The translations under genes and the position numbers were made by a program. Below are positions 51,927 to 60,627 of a stretch of 64,000 nucleotides of DNA, in pieces. The notes beneath the pieces are model-generated. The model saw only the letters and a list, made by a program, of their open reading frames with translations. It searched no databases and was not told where the DNA came from. Numbering within the stretch: position 1 is the stretch's first letter; each line of letters opens with the position of its first letter. Source of the stretch: a virus; the IMG/VR virus record IMGVR_UViG_3300043567_001187, positions 1 to 64,000 of that record, one strand, 5' to 3'.

Positions 51927-53066
51927 TTAGTACGGAGCGGTGGGCGGGGTGAAGTTGGCGGTGTAGAGGGCCGCGCCTTTAACGATCCGCATCTCGTCGA
52001 TGTAGCCTTTAAACCAGTAAGCACTGTATCCAACCCCGATCTTGCCAATCTGGAGGCTCGAACCCGGCCCCTGCGTCGAATCTCCTTCAAGGTCAACCGT
52101 GCCGACAATCGCCCCGTCAAGAAATATCCTGCCAGTGTTTCCGCTTCTGGTCGCCGCTATGTGATACCACTGATTCGCAGACACCGATCCACCGCGGGCG
52201 TCTGTAGCGCTCAAGTAATTTGAGCCTAGCCACACCTCGCCATCGTCAATGCCAAGAATAAAGTCGGCAAGACTGTCATCCCACAGGGAAAGAACCGCTC
52301 GCTCGCCGCCGGTAACGTCCGTTGGGTAAATCCATGCCTCAACCGTCCAATCGCCGGCCGTGAAGTCGAGGCTAGAGAACCCCTCGACTCGCAGATACTC
52401 GTCAGTGCCGTTCAGGAGAAGGCTTGATCCACCAAACTTGCTTTGGGCAGTCGAAATCGTGGCGCTACCGCCCCGAGTGACGGAGTAGTTATTGACCGAA
52501 GAGTCCGCGAACGTGGTTGCGTTGTTGGCCCCGTCAAAGTGCAGAAGTAAAGTTGTTAGGTTTGGATACATTCCTAATATATCGGAGTTTGCTATTCCTA
52601 ATATTTTTCTATTAACAATAATATTATCAGCAGCGATATTAGTTATATTCTGTGAATTATTATTAAAAGTTATACTACCACTAACTATATTATTGCTAGT
52701 GTCCCCTTTGAAAATTGCATTATCATTAAAAATACAATTTCCTATTATGTTACCGACACTATCATGTCGTGACGTATGATTAAATGTACAGTCTCCTGTA
52801 ATAGTTCCTTCAAGGCGTGAATTCTCATTAAAAGTCGCCATCCCAGTAACGGTAATAATGATCCCTAAACTAGAGTAATTCTGTACCGTCAAGTTCGCTA
52901 CTGTTGGCTCACTACCACTATTACTAGCTATACTAGCTGATGCTATTACATTATCACTACTAGATGGCAAACTTGTGGCCGGTGTTGTAAAAGTAGCATC
53001 AGTCCACCAGTTGTCAAGTTCGGTCCACTCACTATCTACTGCACCATTGAAATATAAAGTTGCCAT
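51927..53066 (-). CDS. Structural-like protein: beta-solenoid N-terminus + LamG/ConA-like domain
   Basis: LLLHFDG, SKFGGSSL, DWTVEAWIYP, QWYHIAATR, FKGYIDEMRI, YTANFTPPTAPY. Confidence 0.8.
   Translation of the reverse strand: MATLYFNGAVDSEWTELDNWWTDATFTTPATSLPSSSDNVIASASIASNSGSEPTVANLTVQNYSSLGIIITVTGMATFNENSRLEGTITGDCTFNHTSRHDSVGNIIGNCIFNDNAIFKGDTSNNIVSGSITFNNNSQNITNIAADNIIVNRKILGIANSDILGMYPNLTTLLLHFDGANNATTFADSSVNNYSVTRGGSATISTAQSKFGGSSLLLNGTDEYLRVEGFSSLDFTAGDWTVEAWIYPTDVTGGERAVLSLWDDSLADFILGIDDGEVWLGSNYLSATDARGGSVSANQWYHIAATRSGNTGRIFLDGAIVGTVDLEGDSTQGPGSSLQIGKIGVGYSAYWFKGYIDEMRIVKGAALYTANFTPPTAPY
51930..52545. other. GC-rich, probably horizontally acquired segment encoding the LamG domain
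   Basis: Hand counts of three 60-nt lines give 52-63% GC versus 25% in the line at 52561. Confidence 0.85.
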
Positions 53067-53977
53067 TATACTATTCCTAATATAGAGGATCCATTAACAC
53101 CCTTTGTTCGATTAACAACTACGGTACCTAAACCAACTTTATTTATTGAGCTATCATTAAATATTACATTATCTACTCCCTGGTATATTAGTGCATTATC
53201 AGTCATATAACTATTATGATTAAAAATAACTAATGAAGTACTTGTTATCGAACCATCCTCTTCAATATAACTATAATCATTAAAGATAATGGTTCCATCC
53301 ACACTGCTAGCATAGCCATAATACCTTATATAACTATGATCATTAAATGTAATGTTATCTATAGCTGCTACTCCCCCTGTATCAGAAAGCACATAAGAAC
53401 TATCATTAAATATAGCATTAGATGTTCTTAGACCAGCATCACTGGTATAATCAATATAGGAATAATCATTGAAGGTTGCAGTACCAATAATATCTAATAA
53501 GTTTGTAGAACTAGATATCCCACCATCAAAATGCGAATAATCCTTAAAAACAACATCTCCATCAATTTGTGCTAAGTCTATTCCTAGAATATATGAAGTA
53601 CCATTTAGAATAACATTACCACTAACAACACAACCAATACTAGCACTATTATATAGAGATATATCACCATTTACTGTGGTGAGTCCGGTTATATTACTAT
53701 TTCCATTAAGAACGATTTCATTAGTAACATATATGGCTATACTATCTTCTTCTGTTTGCGGCTGGATATAAGAACCATTATTCATTGTTAAACTAAGTAT
53801 AGTTATGGAACTTCCAGTATTACTTGTTACAGCACCTTCATTTAGTATCACATTGTCTCCACTAGAAGGTAAAACTGTGGCTTGATTTGAGTAGTTTGTT
53901 CCGTCAAAAGTCATCCACCAGTTGTCTAGTGTGGTCCATTCAGAGTCAACGGCACCATTAAAATAAAAAGTGGGCAT
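53066..53977 (-). CDS. Beta-solenoid repeat protein, paralog of the previous gene's N-terminus
   Basis: YFNGAVDSEWT.LDNWW shared start; repeated FND.SYI units. Confidence 0.7.
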   Translation of the reverse strand: MPTFYFNGAVDSEWTTLDNWWMTFDGTNYSNQATVLPSSGDNVILNEGAVTSNTGSSITILSLTMNNGSYIQPQTEEDSIAIYVTNEIVLNGNSNITGLTTVNGDISLYNSASIGCVVSGNVILNGTSYILGIDLAQIDGDVVFKDYSHFDGGISSSTNLLDIIGTATFNDYSYIDYTSDAGLRTSNAIFNDSSYVLSDTGGVAAIDNITFNDHSYIRYYGYASSVDGTIIFNDYSYIEEDGSITSTSLVIFNHNSYMTDNALIYQGVDNVIFNDSSINKVGLGTVVVNRTKGVNGSSILGIV

Positions 53978-53988
53978 AAAATACCTAA

Positions 53989-54282
53989 TCAGTTGATGAA
54001 CAAATCTGTTAGTACTTTAGAAGCATTGTTTCCTAATAATTCTAAAATTCTAGCTTCAGCTTGAACTTGAGTATAATCCCCTATATTTGTGTACTCTTGA
54101 TCTTTCCATAAAACTAAAGCTTTTGGTATGCCCATTATTTTAGCAATAACGTTTTTTCTTTTGCTATTATCTATTAATGTAATATCAAGCTCGTTTAATG
54201 TAATAGGATTAAAACTTCGTATTGTTCCATCTTTTCTTGTAAAGCTTGGAGGAGTAAAAGATATCGGATTTGGTAGATTCAT
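53989..54282 (-). CDS. Hypothetical protein
   Basis: ORF in operon. Confidence 0.55.
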   Translation of the reverse strand: MNLPNPISFTPPSFTRKDGTIRSFNPITLNELDITLIDNSKRKNVIAKIMGIPKALVLWKDQEYTNIGDYTQVQAEARILELLGNNASKVLTDLFIN

Positions 54283-54285
54283 ATA

Positions 54286-54756
54286 TTAGTATCCTGGTAC
54301 AAAGGCGATAATGTCCCATTTGTTTCGACTACTATCATAAGTAGCGCCTAATATATCCATAGTTCCGCTAGAACTACTAAATGGTAGTGGACTAGAGGCA
54401 CTGCTTGGAATTCTAAAATTATTACCAAGAGTTAGTGGGATGCCACTGTTAGCATAACTTATTCTCCATCTTAAACTTTGACCATCAGAACCATTAGTTG
54501 GATCAGCTAAAAGGCCACTACCAGCAAGCGTTAAATCAAAAATACCACCAAGACTAGCGTCTGTAGCAATACTACCGCTTATACTACCTAGTTGTACAAC
54601 GACTGCCGATGCTCCCCCAATAGCGACACTTATTTGGCTAAGACTAATCTTTTTGGTGACGCCGCTACCAGCCGGATCATCCATAAAAAGAAAAACGTCA
54701 TCATTGGTTAGGTTGCCGCTTCCTTCTGGAAATTCATTAATGCGATAAACTGGCAT
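54286..54756 (-). CDS. Hypothetical structural-like protein
   Basis: Gly/Ser-rich beta protein (TKKISLSQI, PTNGSDGQ). Confidence 0.55.
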   Translation of the reverse strand: MPVYRINEFPEGSGNLTNDDVFLFMDDPAGSGVTKKISLSQISVAIGGASAVVVQLGSISGSIATDASLGGIFDLTLAGSGLLADPTNGSDGQSLRWRISYANSGIPLTLGNNFRIPSSASSPLPFSSSSGTMDILGATYDSSRNKWDIIAFVPGY

Positions 54757-54757
54757 A

Positions 54758-54979
54758 TTAACCCCCTACTATAATTTGATTACTACCAGTTAATTCTACA
54801 AAAATACCATTATAGAATCTATTATCAAACTTACTTTGTATAGTCTCTAAAGTAGGAGTATTCAGAACATAGGTGTCTAGAACGTCTTTATCAGAAAATC
54901 CTGTTGGTTTACATCCTACTACTATTGTACCATTTTTTATATCGTTAGAGGTTTTAGCTTTTAGAATATCATTTGCCAT
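54758..54979 (-). CDS. Hypothetical protein
   Basis: ORF in operon. Confidence 0.5.
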   Translation of the reverse strand: MANDILKAKTSNDIKNGTIVVGCKPTGFSDKDVLDTYVLNTPTLETIQSKFDNRFYNGIFVELTGSNQIIVGG

Positions 54980-54982
54980 AAA

Positions 54983-55303
54983 TTATACCCTTTCTATTCT
55001 TTCTTCTAGTGCTTCTAGTGTTTTACCTAATATGCCTATTTGAACTTTTAATTCATTCATAACGTCGCTATTTCTTTGTAGCGCATTAGCGAACGCTGCT
55101 TGATTTTCTTTATTACTATTTAATCTTTCCATTATAAATTGTCTATCATGCACATACGGAGATTGAGTTTCTATCATAACTAATACTTCTGATTTTGTGG
55201 CCATATTACGACCAATCGCAACCCAAAAACCTAGCATAGTAACTATAATACCAATACTAGTAGTAGCAATATTTTCCCAGAAATGAATAATAGTGTCTGT
55301 CAT
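54983..55303 (-). CDS. Membrane-anchored coiled-coil protein
   Basis: TM (IGIIVTMLGFWVAIG) then heptads; ATG 55303 lies downstream of the hairpin. Confidence 0.55.
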   Translation of the reverse strand: MTDTIIHFWENIATTSIGIIVTMLGFWVAIGRNMATKSEVLVMIETQSPYVHDRQFIMERLNSNKENQAAFANALQRNSDVMNELKVQIGILGKTLEALEERIERV

Positions 55304-55322
55304 ATGGTTCTCACTATATAAC

Positions 55323-55354
55323 AAAAGCCATAAAGGATATACACCTTATGGCCT
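55323..55354 (-). terminator. Intrinsic terminator-like hairpin
   Basis: GCCAUAAGG...CCUUUAUGGC followed by UUUU. Confidence 0.6.
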
Positions 55355-55385
55355 TGTTATCTTATAAAGTTTTTAGTAATTAAAA

Positions 55386-55952
55386 TCAGTTAGTTTTAGC
55401 CTTGTAATTATCATTATATGGAGTATTAGAACCTCTCATATAGGTTAATTCGCCAGGAACTTCTCTAGTTGGTGTTGCAGCCTCATCTGTGGCTAGAGCG
55501 TCTACAGCAACCACAGGAAAGCCACTATCAAAAGTATTGGTTACTCTATTATACTTATTGGCTCTAACTGCCGATGTAAATCTGCGAGTTCTAACCGTTT
55601 CAACCTTATTAATACTGCGTACTGTATCTCCATCATTTCCTGGGGTTAGGATACTAGTATTAGCCACACCAGCAATTTCGTTAGTAATTAAACTAGAAAG
55701 TGGTTTGGTGTTATTGTATGCAAAAGTACCACCACTAATAGCTTTACCAGCATAATCTTTGACTGTTACGCTATCTTCTACAACCTTGGAACCAAAAGCA
55801 TCTACTGGACCAACAACAGTTTTAACTTGATCCATTACATTGGATGCTGATGATCCGTTAGCTTTCATTGTGCCGTTATCATTATTGGCTTCTGAAAATG
55901 AACCATAGGGGGTGCTTGTTAAAGATGAACCATTTACTTGTACTGTGGCCAT
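55386..55952 (-). CDS. Hypothetical protein, possibly virion-associated
   Basis: GGAG RBS, own terminator, small-residue-rich. Confidence 0.6.
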   Translation of the reverse strand: MATVQVNGSSLTSTPYGSFSEANNDNGTMKANGSSASNVMDQVKTVVGPVDAFGSKVVEDSVTVKDYAGKAISGGTFAYNNTKPLSSLITNEIAGVANTSILTPGNDGDTVRSINKVETVRTRRFTSAVRANKYNRVTNTFDSGFPVVAVDALATDEAATPTREVPGELTYMRGSNTPYNDNYKAKTN

Positions 55953-55990
55953 TATATTACTCCATATATGGTAGGATATATTGCTAAGTG

Positions 55991-56000
55991 TTTATACACC
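55991..56000 (-). promoter_or_regulatory. GGTGTA-W4 motif, candidate phage promoter
   Basis: Recurs at 55336-55345, 51844-51853 and 47801-47810 upstream of gene starts. Confidence 0.4.
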
Positions 56001-56001
56001 A

Positions 56002-56664
56002 TTATTTCTTTAAAGAAGAATTAAAAGCTACGAAATTTTTAAGACTATTGATAGAGGATGTTCTAAAACCGAATAGGCCAGATTTAATCATGGTTTCAAA
56101 ATGCTTATCACACCACATATTTCCTGTACATAACACATTTAAGTCTTTAGAGTTTTGATGCAGGAAGATGGATGCTAGAATATTATCGGCTAAATTATCT
56201 ATAAAATAACCACTAGAAGGATAAATAAACTTAATATTATTGTTGTCAAAAATTTCACAAATCTTTTTAAGGCAATAGTGGTCAAAAACCCTGTATTCTA
56301 AAATATATCTCATCTCTATATTTTTTTCATTACAGTATTCTGAACAAACTTTGATATCTTCACGAATTTTATCATATTTTCTATTAGCTGCTAGATTTTG
56401 TGGCATACTAATATCCACAGTACAGGCACCAGCAGCATTAGCCTGCTCAATAGAGTATCTGCGACTTTTAATATCAGCAATACCTAATGGATAATCTATA
56501 AGACAGGATAATTTATTATCTGTAGGTATTAGGTTTTTAAAAGACTTAATGAGATAGTAAGGAACCGTTATACTATTAACCGTATAGTTTTTAATTTCTT
56601 GTAATATTGTTTTTGCTTCTGATTCACTAATCTCAGTATTTATAATAGCAAAATCAATATACAT
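56002..56664 (-). CDS. DeoC-like TIM-barrel protein lacking catalytic lysines
   Basis: IDYPLG, GA..VDI, YILE, FIYPSSG, RTSS. Confidence 0.7.
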   Translation of the reverse strand: MYIDFAIINTEISESEAKTILQEIKNYTVNSITVPYYLIKSFKNLIPTDNKLSCLIDYPLGIADIKSRRYSIEQANAAGACTVDISMPQNLAANRKYDKIREDIKVCSEYCNEKNIEMRYILEYRVFDHYCLKKICEIFDNNNIKFIYPSSGYFIDNLADNILASIFLHQNSKDLNVLCTGNMWCDKHFETMIKSGLFGFRTSSINSLKNFVAFNSSLKK

Positions 56665-56668
56665 AACG

Positions 56669-57343
56669 TTATTTCTTTTTTAAGGTATTTTTTATATAGT
56701 CTATGTTAGGATATTTTTTTGAACCCAAGATACCATCAGCAAAACCATAATGAACAGCTTCTTCTGCTGTTAAGATCCAATCTCTTTTTGTGGCTAATTG
56801 TGTTACTATGTGTTTACGTACAATCATTTTTTTCCAATTTTTACTTTTACATAGACTACTATTCATACACTTTTCTGTAAATATATCAATCATCTTTTCA
56901 CTCTCTTTTTCGCTCCAATGAACCATACTAAGGGCCGCTTTATGCTCATTGTCTATGCTCAATGATCCATAATGTATTAAAAAATTAGTATTAGGACTTA
57001 ATATTCTAAGATCTGCCGCCTGTAATAATACTGTACTACTGGATTCTACTTTAGCAGATGCGATGATAGCGACCTTTGCTTTGGAGCTTTTTATGCTATC
57101 ATAGATACCTAAACAATCTTGCCAGTCTCCACCCGGAAGGTGCATATGTACAAGAATAGGATCTAAAGATAACAAGTTTAAATATCTTAAGTTTTTTTCA
57201 AATACTATAGCTGATCTATAGTCTACTCCAGATTCTTCGTTTTCGTCAGAAATATATGAGTGTAAATATAGTTCTCTATTATCTACATCTATATTATAGT
57301 CGTGTATATGGCTTAAATTAATATTATGACTATTCGTTGTCAT
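56669..57343 (-). CDS. ClpP-like (S14) protease
   Basis: RELYL, LPGGD, VES (Ser), LIHYG (His), RDWILTAEEAVHYGFAD (Asp). Confidence 0.85.
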   Translation of the reverse strand: MTTNSHNINLSHIHDYNIDVDNRELYLHSYISDENEESGVDYRSAIVFEKNLRYLNLLSLDPILVHMHLPGGDWQDCLGIYDSIKSSKAKVAIIASAKVESSSTVLLQAADLRILSPNTNFLIHYGSLSIDNEHKAALSMVHWSEKESEKMIDIFTEKCMNSSLCKSKNWKKMIVRKHIVTQLATKRDWILTAEEAVHYGFADGILGSKKYPNIDYIKNTLKKK

Positions 57344-57758
57344 GTGTGTTATTTGGTCCTAAATGGTTATAAATCGTATCACTAATTAATTTCATAGTTT
57401 CTGAATCATTAAAACATTTACCTATAGCAATTCTAAATCTGTATCTGGTAAAAATATCTAAAATTTCTACACCATGAATATTTTCTATAATACCCTTGAT
57501 TTTTTCTGAAATATTAAAATTAGTATGACCTAACCAAAAATTAAATATTTTACTTGACGCCGTATGTTCATTATACGGAATAAGACCAAGAGGAGATGCT
57601 ATCACTTTGATTGGCTTACCAAGGTTGGTATGTTCATCAGAAGGGATCAGACTATCTGTTTCATGTATATCATTTTCATAGTCTGTCCATTTAGCATCAT
57701 CCATATTTTCGCCAAACGGATCAACCCACTTTTCCCATTTTATCAAAGGTTTATTCAT
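57330..57758 (-). CDS. Hypothetical protein
   Basis: FWLGHTNFNI, GVEILDIFTRYRFRIAIGK. Confidence 0.6.
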   Translation of the reverse strand: MNKPLIKWEKWVDPFGENMDDAKWTDYENDIHETDSLIPSDEHTNLGKPIKVIASPLGLIPYNEHTASSKIFNFWLGHTNFNISEKIKGIIENIHGVEILDIFTRYRFRIAIGKCFNDSETMKLISDTIYNHLGPNNTHDNE

Positions 57759-58132
57759 GATGTTTTATTGTTGTTAAATGCTTGTTGCTGAAATAAACTG
57801 GGTTTAACTATAGGAGGTTCTTCAGTCTCATGAATCTTAGAATTGATAGGATTTAAATGCAAAGACCATGTGTTAATCACATTATAAATATAATCTTTAT
57901 GCTGTGGATTTTTTTGAGCAATACCAAGTAGAATATCTAGAACATGCACTGCATAATAGCCACCACTTAAATAATATAAAAAATCTCCCGTTTTGGCAGC
58001 AGAGTCTGGATCTATGTTATCAAATAGAAAATCTACCTTAATATTATCTGTCTTATTGTCTAATATAAAACTAATAGTATTATTGTTTGATTCTTCTTCT
58101 ATAACTTTTTTCCATGGCCATAGATTCATCAT
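57755..58132 (-). CDS. Hypothetical protein
   Basis: Coupled ORF. Confidence 0.5.
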   Translation of the reverse strand: MMNLWPWKKVIEEESNNNTISFILDNKTDNIKVDFLFDNIDPDSAAKTGDFLYYLSGGYYAVHVLDILLGIAQKNPQHKDYIYNVINTWSLHLNPINSKIHETEEPPIVKPSLFQQQAFNNNKTS

Positions 58133-58521
58133 TTTAATTTTTGTATTACCTCTATTAGTAAAGGCATGTACTCTACTGGCTGTGAATAGTCAAATTCAAT
58201 CCAGTAACAATTATTTAAGCTAGTAGTATAATTAATTAAAAATCCATAAATAGTATTTAGTGTTTGAGTATCTGACACAATATGATTTGAATGTAAAGAT
58301 ATTATCTGTGGTAATAATTCTAGATCACTAACAAAAACGTATTCTTTTAAAGATAGAATAATCTTATCATTAAGCTTATTGTCAGATAGGTGGTCATTTA
58401 TAACATTAAAAGACGGAATAGTTAACTTATCTTTATCTAAGGATAAAACATATTTTTTACCTAAAGAAATATTAGTTGTTAAAACAACACAATTAATTTT
58501 AACTTCAAATTTATCGCTCAT
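58129..58521 (-). CDS. Hypothetical protein
   Basis: Coupled ORF. Confidence 0.5.
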   Translation of the reverse strand: MSDKFEVKINCVVLTTNISLGKKYVLSLDKDKLTIPSFNVINDHLSDNKLNDKIILSLKEYVFVSDLELLPQIISLHSNHIVSDTQTLNTIYGFLINYTTSLNNCYWIEFDYSQPVEYMPLLIEVIQKLK

Positions 58522-59171
58522 GAAATACTTTCCTTGATATTTTCTATAGCTTTATTTAAGCCTTGCCTTACCGCTTCTCTAGTAATACCGTATTTTTTGC
58601 CTATTTTTTCAAACGTATAAGATTCAAAATAATATAGCTTAATATACTCTTTTTGTCTAGCAGATATACAGTCTAACGACAACAGCTGTTGTACCAAATC
58701 TGACAGTTGCTCTTTTGATTCTTTTTGAATAGCTAAATCTTCTGGAGATAAATCTGACATATCTGATGTTATAGAAGATAGATTAGTGCCGTCGTCGTTA
58801 TCTAAATTGAAGTCTAATGAGTATATTTTCTTAGTCTTCTTTTTATGTTTGCTATCCTTTGATATATATGTTTGTATAGCCCATAGAGCACATTGGTTTC
58901 TATATGAATATTTAGTTTTTTTAGTTCCTTTATCGTTTTTATAGTTGTCATCCCATCTCCAATCTGCCATCATCAGAGCATTAGCAACAGAAGATATAGC
59001 ATCTTCATCTTTTAACATTTTAATGGCTAACCCATTATAAAAATTATTGGCAAATTTAGAAATGGCCTTTTTCGCCAATGTGACATAAATATGTAAACTA
59101 TCAAATTGAATATCTTTATGATCTTTATAATTTATCTTTTGTTTACCCACACCCTGTAGTTGTAATAGCAT
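58518..59171 (-). CDS. Sigma-70 family sigma factor
   Basis: Region 2-like segment (ALMMADWRWD...KYSYRNQCALWAI) and region 4 HTH TFEKIGKKYGITREAVRQ. Confidence 0.8.
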   Translation of the reverse strand: MLLQLQGVGKQKINYKDHKDIQFDSLHIYVTLAKKAISKFANNFYNGLAIKMLKDEDAISSVANALMMADWRWDDNYKNDKGTKKTKYSYRNQCALWAIQTYISKDSKHKKKTKKIYSLDFNLDNDDGTNLSSITSDMSDLSPEDLAIQKESKEQLSDLVQQLLSLDCISARQKEYIKLYYFESYTFEKIGKKYGITREAVRQGLNKAIENIKESIS

Positions 59172-59177
59172 TATTTA

Positions 59178-59504
59178 TTATCCTTTAATTAAGAAGTCCT
59201 TTGGAACATTATGATTAATTACGTCCTGAACTAAGTTTTTAAGATTATTTCTTAGTTTATATCTACTATTCTTATCAAATCCTAAACCCATATCTTCACT
59301 ATAATCCATGTTGTAGTCAGTATAGTATTTTTCTATTATCCTATCCCACTCATCGTCCGTTAAATCTCTACCTATACTATTGGATAAATGATAAGACAAC
59401 TGGTCTAGACTCTTAATAACCACATCATTATTCTGATATTGATGCTTATTCAGTAGTCTTTGTTTAATCCATGCGATAAATCGCACACAGTCCGAAAGTA
59501 ACAT
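59178..59504 (-). CDS. Hypothetical protein
   Basis: ORF in operon. Confidence 0.5.
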   Translation of the reverse strand: MLLSDCVRFIAWIKQRLLNKHQYQNNDVVIKSLDQLSYHLSNSIGRDLTDDEWDRIIEKYYTDYNMDYSEDMGLGFDKNSRYKLRNNLKNLVQDVINHNVPKDFLIKG

Positions 59505-59511
59505 TTAAAAT

Positions 59512-60045
59512 TTACTTAGTTAGTTTTTTCCACTGGTCTGGATCTGGTCTATCCTTATCTCCCCTTTTTGCTGGTTTGTATTTTTTACCCATTCTTTCTT
59601 TTTTCTTACGAATATTATCCCAAAGTCCAGGTTTACTACCAGCATCAGTAGTATCGGCACTAGATGCTACAAACATGACAAAATCATGAATGCTTCTCAT
59701 CTGATCCTCCACAACAGCGATCATACCCTGTAGGTGTGATGCTGTCAAGTTTTCCTTAACGTTTTCGTTATTTAGATTGTCTAGTATATTTTTAGCGTGA
59801 TTCATAACAGCATTAAGAGAGCCAACGCTCATATTATAAAAGTCGTTTTTATATTCCATCATTTCTGTCTCTGGACTCTCTTCCTCTATCTCCTCAATAT
59901 CTGTAAAATCAGTAGACTCATTAGCTACCAACTTATTAAATGTAGAGATAAATTCTTTTAGCATATCTCCAATATTAGAAATGGTATATTCTTCTGTTTT
60001 TGATGAAGTATTATGGATCTCTAAGAGATCGTCTATATTTGACAT
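59512..60045 (-). CDS. Acidic protein with basic C-terminal GLWDNIRKK domain
   Basis: AGGAG RBS; strong charge segregation. Confidence 0.6.
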   Translation of the reverse strand: MSNIDDLLEIHNTSSKTEEYTISNIGDMLKEFISTFNKLVANESTDFTDIEEIEEESPETEMMEYKNDFYNMSVGSLNAVMNHAKNILDNLNNENVKENLTASHLQGMIAVVEDQMRSIHDFVMFVASSADTTDAGSKPGLWDNIRKKKERMGKKYKPAKRGDKDRPDPDQWKKLTK

Positions 60046-60066
60046 TTAAAATTAACTCCTATTTAA

Positions 60067-60627
60067 TTACCAGGCTTTACAACTCCAATATCGAGCCTTC
60101 CACTTGGGACCAGGATTATCACAATTGTGTCGTGCTCTAAAACTTTTACGTCTTGATGGAATATTTTTTTTGATTTTCATGTTTTTGTCACCGAAGCGCA
60201 CAATAACAACTTTACCCTTATCATTCTTAACATAAACCGCTGATTTCTTAGGACCGTCTGGTGTTCTAAAAGGTTTATTGAGAGTCACTTTACGTCCTTG
60301 ATATTCTGAGGCTACTATGTGTGAGATATCGTACTCTTCAGTTTCTTCTCCAGCGTCTACATAATCTTCATCTTTAGGAATAACTAGATTAGATAGTGTT
60401 AATTCCTCAGATTCTCCACAATCTTCACACTCAAAAGAACTAGCTAATCCTAGAATTTCTAAAACCTGATCTAACAAACTACCCTTACCCTGTTTTTTAG
60501 TTTGTCCTAAGCATATAGCAACCCTTTGTTTACTATCTGGATACTCTTTTTTCATTGTTTCATTGCCCATGCAGCGAGCAACAAAATCCGACCCTTTTTC
60601 ATCGTCTTTTGGTTTTGGAATTGGCAT
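60067..60627 (-). CDS. Phage protein with MPIPKP..RCM N-terminus and basic FRARHNC...YWSC domain
   Basis: Motifs recalled from large-phage hypothetical proteins. Confidence 0.65.
   Translation of the reverse strand: MPIPKPKDDEKGSDFVARCMGNETMKKEYPDSKQRVAICLGQTKKQGKGSLLDQVLEILGLASSFECEDCGESEELTLSNLVIPKDEDYVDAGEETEEYDISHIVASEYQGRKVTLNKPFRTPDGPKKSAVYVKNDKGKVVIVRFGDKNMKIKKNIPSRRKSFRARHNCDNPGPKWKARYWSCKAW

Noticed and set aside
51729-52223. 164-aa plus-strand ORF and 68-aa minus-strand ORF in the GC-rich patch
   Set aside because: Open frames are expected from stop-codon scarcity in GC-rich DNA; the LamG frame explains the region
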